Shown piece after piece: positions 6,107-10,718 of a stretch of DNA of 10,718 bases (the first letter of the stretch is position 1; every line of letters starts with the position of its first letter). Source of the stretch: a bacterium (GTDB taxonomy: Bacteria; Zhuqueibacterota; Zhuqueibacteria; Oceanimicrobiales; Oceanimicrobiaceae); NCBI GenBank assembly GCA_046757025.1, contig JBHHXN010000177.1, forward strand, positions 1 through 10,718, given 5' to 3'. The notes under the pieces are model-generated. The model ran no database searches. It saw nothing but the letters and a program-made list of their open reading frames with translations, and had not been told where the DNA came from. Made by a program: the position numbers and the translations under genes.

Positions 6107-8830
6107 ATGGAGAAAAAGATAAAACAGGACAGACTGGCGCCCATCGCCTGGAAGATGACCTCCCGTCTCGAGCTTAAAAAAGTTCTCACCTCCATCACCC
6201 AGGGTTTGGTGGATGAGCTGGATGCCGCTTTCGCGCGCATCTGGCTGCTCGGCCCGGGCGACCTCTGCGATGAATGCTACAAGGCGGAAAGCTGTACCAA
6301 TCGCGAGCGCTGCCTGCACCTGAAGGCCAGCGCCGGTCTTTATACCCGCACCAACGGCGAATATCGCCGGGTACCTCTGGGGGCCTTTAAAATCGGACGC
6401 ATTGCAGAGAAGCGGACGCCGGTGATCAGCAACGACGCTCAGCAGGATGACCGATTGCCGGACAAAGCCTGGCTAAAAAAGAACCAGCTCAATTCAGTGG
6501 CGGGATATCCACTGGTTTTTCGAGATGAGCTTTTAGGCGTCATCGCCATGTTCAGCCGTCGGGTCATGGCCCAGGAGGAATTCGACCGGATGGCGGTGTT
6601 TGCTAACCAGGCCGCGGTGGCCATAAAAAACGCACAGCTCTTCGATGCCATCAAAGAAAGCGAAGCCGAGTGCCGCGCCATCATCGAATCCACGCCCAAT
6701 CCCCTTCTCATCACCCGCAAAAAGGACGGACAGATTTTGTATGCCAACGCGCATTTTGGGGAAGCGTTTGGGGTGTCGCCAGATGAGCTACTCGGTCGCA
6801 AAGCCCCCGACCTCTACTACGACCCATCCGATCGCCCGAAGGTGCTCGCTACGGTGGCTCAGGCAGGTCGCGTACACGATCATGAAATCCGGGTGAAAAA
6901 GATAGACGGCACCCCGTTCTGGGTCAACATGTCGGTTCAACCTTTGACCTTTAAGAAGGAAGAGGCGCTCATCACCATCCTGAGCGACATCACCGCCCGG
7001 AAACAAGCCGAAGCAGCGCTCGAACAACTCAAGCAGAAAAACGAACTCATCCTCAAATCTGCAGGAGAAGGCATTTACGGACTCGATCAACATGGCAACA
7101 CCACCTTTGTCAATCCGGCTGCCGCGGACATGCTGGGGTGGCAAGCGGAGGAATTGCTTGGTCGGCCACAACATGCGCTGATTCACCACACCCGGCCGGA
7201 TGGCACGCCTTATCCCAGAAAAGCCTGCCCTATCTATGCGGCGTTCAAAGACGGGCAGGTACACACCGTCGACGATGAAGTCTTCTGGCGCAAGGACGGT
7301 TCGAGTTTTCCTGTGGAATATACCAGCACACCCATCCGCGATACGGCCGGCCATCTGGTCGGCGCGGTGGTGACGTTTCGGGATATCACCGAGCGAAAAA
7401 AAGCTGAAAAAGAGCTGCGCGAAAGCCGGGCGCGTTTCTCCGGCATTCTGGACATCGCCAGGGAGGCCATCATTTCAACCGATGAATCCCAGAGAATAAT
7501 CATCTTCAACAAGGGCGCTGAAACCATCTTTCAGTACGCATCCGAGGAGGTCATCGGTCAACCACTCGAGCTTCTCATTCCCGAGCCGTATCACAAAAAC
7601 CATGGTCGGCTTGTGACCGAGTTCATCGCGTCGGACAAGACCACCCATCTCATCGGAGAAAGACGGGAGATTTTCGGCCGCCGCAAGAATGGCGAGATCT
7701 TCCCGGCCGAGGCGTCAATCTCGAAGCTGCGGTTGGATGGCGAACTGGTTCTCACCGTGATCCTGCGCGACATCACCCGGCGCAAACAGGCGGAGCAGGC
7801 GCTGCGCGAGGCGCTGGCCGAAGTGGAGCAGCTGAAGGAACGGCTGGAAGCGGAAAACGTCTATCTGCAGGAGGAGATCAAACTCGAGCACAATTTCGAT
7901 GAGATCATCAGCCAGAGTAAATCGTTCCGGAAAATTCTGCGGAAGGTGGAGCAAGTCGCCGCCACCGATGCCACGGTTTTGATCCTGGGCGAGACCGGTA
8001 CCGGCAAGGAGCTCGTTGCCCGCGCGCTGCACACCACCAGTCCGCGCAGGGATCGTCCCCTGGTGAAAGTCAATTGTGCGGCTTTACCAGCCAATCTCAT
8101 AGAAAGCGAGCTCTTCGGCCATGAAAAAGGCGCTTTTACGGGCGCCATGTCCCGCAAACAGGGCCGTTTTGAATTAGCCGACCACGGCACCATCTTCCTG
8201 GACGAGATCGGCGATCTCCCTATGGCTCTGCAGGTGAAACTGCTTCGGGTTATGCAGGAAGGCGAATTCGAAAGAGTCGGCGGCACGCAGACCATCGAGG
8301 TGGATGTCCGAATTATCGCAGCCACCAACCGCAACCTGGAACAGGCCGTACGGACCAACGAGTTCCGGGAAGATCTCTATTATCGATTAAACGTCTTTCC
8401 GATCACCCTGCCCCCGCTTCGGGAGCGCCGGGAAGATATTCCGCTGCTCATCAACCATTTTGTGAAAAAATATGGCGCCAAACTGGGAAAACAGATTTCC
8501 CACGTGCCGCTCAAAGTCATGAAGACCCTGCAAACCTACCATTTTCCCGGCAACGTCAGAGAGCTGGAAAACATTGTCGAGCGCGCGCTCATTCTGGCAC
8601 AAGGCGATACCCTGCAAGTGGATGAAAGTCTGGAGCTGCTGAAGTCGCCTGCTGCCACAGCGGCGAGCTCCGGCACCCTGGCGGAAGTTGAGCGTCAGCA
8701 CATAATCTCCGTGCTACGGGAAACCAGCTGGCGCGTGGAAGGGCCAAAGGGCGCGGCCCTGCGGCTGGGGATGAATCCGAACACGTTGCGGTCTCGGATG
8801 CAAAAACTGGGCATCAAGAAACCGACTTAA
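6107..8830 (+). CDS. Sigma-54-dependent transcriptional activator (FhlA/NifA-like bEBP): Cys-rich GAF + 3 PAS + AAA+ + Fis-type HTH
   Basis: 907 aa. GAF (~aa 10-180, ending [28 protein letters not shown]); three PAS/PAC repeats each ending in DIT; coiled coil [14 protein letters not shown]; Walker [30 protein letters not shown] (GAFTGA at 8129-8146), Walker [59 protein letters not shown]. No receiver domain. Confidence 0.96.
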   Translation: MEKKIKQDRLAPIAWKMTSRLELKKVLTSITQGLVDELDAAFARIWLLGPGDLCDECYKAESCTNRERCLHLKASAGLYTRTNGEYRRVPLGAFKIGRIAEKRTPVISNDAQQDDRLPDKAWLKKNQLNSVAGYPLVFRDELLGVIAMFSRRVMAQEEFDRMAVFANQAAVAIKNAQLFDAIKESEAECRAIIESTPNPLLITRKKDGQILYANAHFGEAFGVSPDELLGRKAPDLYYDPSDRPKVLATVAQAGRVHDHEIRVKKIDGTPFWVNMSVQPLTFKKEEALITILSDITARKQAEAALEQLKQKNELILKSAGEGIYGLDQHGNTTFVNPAAADMLGWQAEELLGRPQHALIHHTRPDGTPYPRKACPIYAAFKDGQVHTVDDEVFWRKDGSSFPVEYTSTPIRDTAGHLVGAVVTFRDITERKKAEKELRESRARFSGILDIAREAIISTDESQRIIIFNKGAETIFQYASEEVIGQPLELLIPEPYHKNHGRLVTEFIASDKTTHLIGERREIFGRRKNGEIFPAEASISKLRLDGELVLTVILRDITRRKQAEQALREALAEVEQLKERLEAENVYLQEEIKLEHNFDEIISQSKSFRKILRKVEQVAATDATVLILGETGTGKELVARALHTTSPRRDRPLVKVNCAALPANLIESELFGHEKGAFTGAMSRKQGRFELADHGTIFLDEIGDLPMALQVKLLRVMQEGEFERVGGTQTIEVDVRIIAATNRNLEQAVRTNEFREDLYYRLNVFPITLPPLRERREDIPLLINHFVKKYGAKLGKQISHVPLKVMKTLQTYHFPGNVRELENIVERALILAQGDTLQVDESLELLKSPAATAASSGTLAEVERQHIISVLRETSWRVEGPKGAALRLGMNPNTLRSRMQKLGIKKPT

Positions 8831-8856
8831 GCCACCTATTTTTGTACCCGTTTTTT

Positions 8857-8892
8857 TCTTTGATATTTCGTAGTTCCTTGAAATGTCAAAGA
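8857..8892. promoter_or_regulatory. Candidate upstream activator sequence (inverted repeat) for the adjacent bEBP
   Basis: TCTTTGATATTTC (8857-8869), N10, GAAATGTCAAAGA (8880-8892): 12 of 13 positions complementary; centred about 145 bp upstream of the predicted sigma-54 start site. Confidence 0.65.
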
Positions 8893-8951
8893 TACGCGCC
8901 AACCATTTAACGCACCATCTACCGTCGAATAGACTCTCCTAAAAAACTTAG

Positions 8952-8964
8952 TATCAATAGCTTG
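8952..8964 (+). promoter_or_regulatory. IHF binding site
   Basis: TATCAATAGCTTG matches WATCAANNNNTTR exactly, has an upstream A-tract (8941-8946), and lies between the candidate UAS and the -24/-12 element. Confidence 0.75.
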
Positions 8965-8994
8965 GGACCGTTGGTTTTTTCAGTTTTTAAGCCA

Positions 8995-9010
8995 TGGCAC
9001 AGCAGTTGCC
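8995..9010 (+). promoter_or_regulatory. Sigma-54 (-24/-12) promoter
   Basis: TGGCACAGCAGTTGCC = TGGCAC-N5-TTGC; GG (8996-8997) and GC (9008-9009) are separated by exactly 10 nt. Located directly downstream of a bEBP gene and ~70 nt before ATG 9080 (SD AAGGAGG at 9068-9074). Confidence 0.9.
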
Positions 9011-9079
9011 TGAAACCCCAGCGATGATCATCACCATCAATAAACTTAAACACAAATTATCCTTAACAAGGAGGAACAA

Positions 9080-9826
9080 ATGATAGCCTTACGCATAACC
9101 ATCGCCGCAATTTTTATCGTGAGTATACATTCAATTGGTTTAGGTCAGCTCCCCAACCCGGGCATGGACATCGACCCCGAGCGCACCGCCATCGTCATCA
9201 CCGACCCACAAAACGACTTCCTCAGCCCGAACGGCGTAACCTGGGGCGTGGTGGGAAAAAGCGTTACCGAAAACAACACCGTGGACAACATCCAATCCCT
9301 GTTGGAAATCGCCAAAAAGAACAACCTGCCGGTGTTCGTTTCGCCGCACTACTACTACCCGACGGACAAGGGCTGGAAATTCGAAGGCGCGCTGGAAGTG
9401 CTGATGCACAATATCGGGATGTTCGACCGCAAAGACGCCCTGAGCCTGGAAGGGTTCGAGGGCTCCGGCGCGGACTTTCTGGAGGTTTATAAGCCCTACA
9501 TTCAGGATGGCAAAACCATCGTCACCAGTCCGCACAAAGTGTATGGCCCGGAAGCCAACGACCTGGTTTTGCAACTGCGCAAGCGCGGCATCGACAAAGT
9601 CATCCTGGCTGGCATGTCGGCCAATTTGTGCACGGAATCGCATTTGCGTGAGCTGCTGGAGCAAGGGTTCGAAGTGGCCGTAGTCAAAGACGCGACCGCG
9701 GCGGCGGTGATTCCCGATGGCGACGGCTACGCAGCGGCGTTAGTAAATTTCCGCTTCATCGCCAACGCGGTTTGGACAACGGAAGAAGCCGTGGAAGCCA
9801 TCAAACAAGCCACGGCCACGAATTAA
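9080..9826 (+). CDS. Isochorismatase-family cysteine hydrolase with N-terminal signal peptide
   Basis: 248 aa; catalytic triad D42 (ITDPQNDF), K153 (SPHKVY), C184 (AGMSANLCTES), followed by ELLEQGFEVAVVKDATA. N-terminus MIALRITIAAIFIVSIHSIGLG-Q is signal-peptide-like. Strong SD. Confidence 0.92.
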   Translation: MIALRITIAAIFIVSIHSIGLGQLPNPGMDIDPERTAIVITDPQNDFLSPNGVTWGVVGKSVTENNTVDNIQSLLEIAKKNNLPVFVSPHYYYPTDKGWKFEGALEVLMHNIGMFDRKDALSLEGFEGSGADFLEVYKPYIQDGKTIVTSPHKVYGPEANDLVLQLRKRGIDKVILAGMSANLCTESHLRELLEQGFEVAVVKDATAAAVIPDGDGYAAALVNFRFIANAVWTTEEAVEAIKQATATN

Positions 9827-9843
9827 TGGTGCATGAGAGAATG

Positions 9844-9873
9844 GGGCTGTTCTATTACTTTGAAGAGCAGCCC
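9844..9873 (+). other. Intercistronic stem-loop
   Basis: GGGCTGTTCT (9844-9853) / AGAGCAGCCC (9864-9873): 10-bp stem with one G-U pair and a 10-nt loop; followed by AAAATATTTT rather than an immediate U-tract. Confidence 0.6.
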
Positions 9874-9921
9874 AAAATATTTTGTGCTTGAATGCAAAAA
9901 CTAAATTAAAAGGAAAATATC

Positions 9922-10718
9922 ATGAAAAATATAAATCGGAATTTACAGCCAACGCGCCATGTTTTGGTCATTGGCGGCACCGGCAAAACTGGTCGCCGAG
10001 TGGTGGAGCGGCTTAAAACACGCGGCCAACCAGTCAAAATCGGTTCACGTGCTGCAAAGCCGCCGTTCGATTGGGAAAACCCCGAAACCTGGGCAGGTGC
10101 CCTGGATGGAATGGACACGGTGTACATCACATTTCAGCCCGATCTGGCCGTCCCCGGTGCTCGACAAGCCATCGAGGCGTTTACATCGCAAGCGGTCAAA
10201 AACGGCATTCAAAAAATGGTCTTGCTTTCCGGGAAAGGGGAAAAAGAAGCCGAGCTTTGCGAGCAAGTGGTACGAAATGCTGGCGCCGACTGGACCATCG
10301 TTCGGGCGAGCTGGTTCAATCAGAATTTCAGCGAAGGATTCTTTTTAGAGCCCATCCTGGCTGGCCATGTGGCTCTGCCCAGGGAAGATGCCCTGGTGCC
10401 ATTCGTCGACGCCGACGATATTGCAGACGTCGTGGTAGAAGCCCTCCTGGATGACAGGCATAACGGCCAAACTTATGAATTGACCGGCCCACGCCAGCTG
10501 ACGTTCAAACAAGTCACGCAAGAGATCGCACAAGCAACGGGCCAGGACATCCAGTTTCATTCCATTACCATGGACGAGTACACAAAAATGCTCGCCGAAT
10601 ATCAAGTACCCGAAGATTACATCTGGCTAATCGAATATCTTTTTACGGAAGTTTTGATTGACAGCAATTCCATTGTCACAAATGACGTAGAAAAAGTGCT
10701 GGGAAGAAAGGCTAAAGA
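9922..10718 (+). CDS. NmrA-like NAD(P)H-binding protein (atypical SDR); continues beyond the right edge
   Basis: Manual translation from ATG 9922 (SD AAAGGA at 9909-9914): MKNINRNLQPTRHVLVIGGTGKTGRRVVERL...FDWENPETW...VLLSGKGE...WTIVRASWFNQNFSEG...PFVDADDIADV...TYELTGPRQLTF...VEKVLGRKAK. Rossmann GxxGxxG motif, no YxxxK; open to the window end and so not in the ORF track. Confidence 0.92.
   Translation, partial: MKNINRNLQPTRHVLVIGGTGKTGRRVVERLKTRGQPVKIGSRAAKPPFDWENPETWAGALDGMDTVYITFQPDLAVPGARQAIEAFTSQAVKNGIQKMVLLSGKGEKEAELCEQVVRNAGADWTIVRASWFNQNFSEGFFLEPILAGHVALPREDALVPFVDADDIADVVVEALLDDRHNGQTYELTGPRQLTFKQVTQEIAQATGQDIQFHSITMDEYTKMLAEYQVPEDYIWLIEYLFTEVLIDSNSIVTNDVEKVLGRKAK

Noticed and set aside
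5854..6319. ORFs 5854..6177 (+), 5974..6240 (-), 6026..6319 (-)
   Set aside because: Span AT-rich regulatory DNA and overlap the bEBP start; no SD or protein-like signatures.
8878..8889. TTGAAATGTCAA as an FNR/CRP box
   Set aside because: Spacing is 2 bp too short for TTGAT-N4-ATCAA; better explained as part of the UAS.
9023..9032. Perfect 10-bp palindrome GATGATCATC just after the predicted sigma-54 start site
   Set aside because: Short, low-complexity (ATC repeats) and could occur by chance in 10 kb; no other support.
9906..10605. ORF-track entries 9959..10348, 10071..10454 and antisense ORFs
   Set aside because: Wrong frames; the real gene is the NmrA-like frame starting at 9922.
1..10718. 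Anti-phage defence system, CRISPR array, retron or transposon built around the large helicase
   Set aside because: No repeat-spacer array, reverse transcriptase, nuclease, methylase or transposase seen; the helicase is a canonical long-form Lhr, not a DISARM/Druantia/BREX-type component.

Overview
Bacterial chromosomal window with five protein-coding genes. (1) On the minus strand, running off the left edge, a secreted M14-family zinc carboxypeptidase (<1..962) that the ORF track misses. (2) Divergent from it, a full-length (~1500 aa) Lhr-family SF2 helicase with the C-terminal AlkZ-like/winged-helix extension; its 5' region holds a REP/RPE-like palindromic element nested in a second stem. 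(3-5) A compact sigma-54 module: a one-component enhancer-binding protein (GAF with a CX2CX5CX5C insert, three PAS domains of which the last is FixL/DosP-like, AAA+ with intact GAFTGA, HTH), then a candidate UAS inverted repeat, a consensus IHF site and a consensus -24/-12 promoter, ahead of a signal-peptide-bearing isochorismatase-family cysteine hydrolase and an NmrA-like NAD(P)-binding protein (runs off the right edge, also missed by the ORF track). The most interesting item is this putative multi-cofactor redox/gas-sensing sigma-54 circuit; its signal and substrate are inferred, not shown. No CRISPR, tRNA/rRNA, transposase or phage genes were seen.
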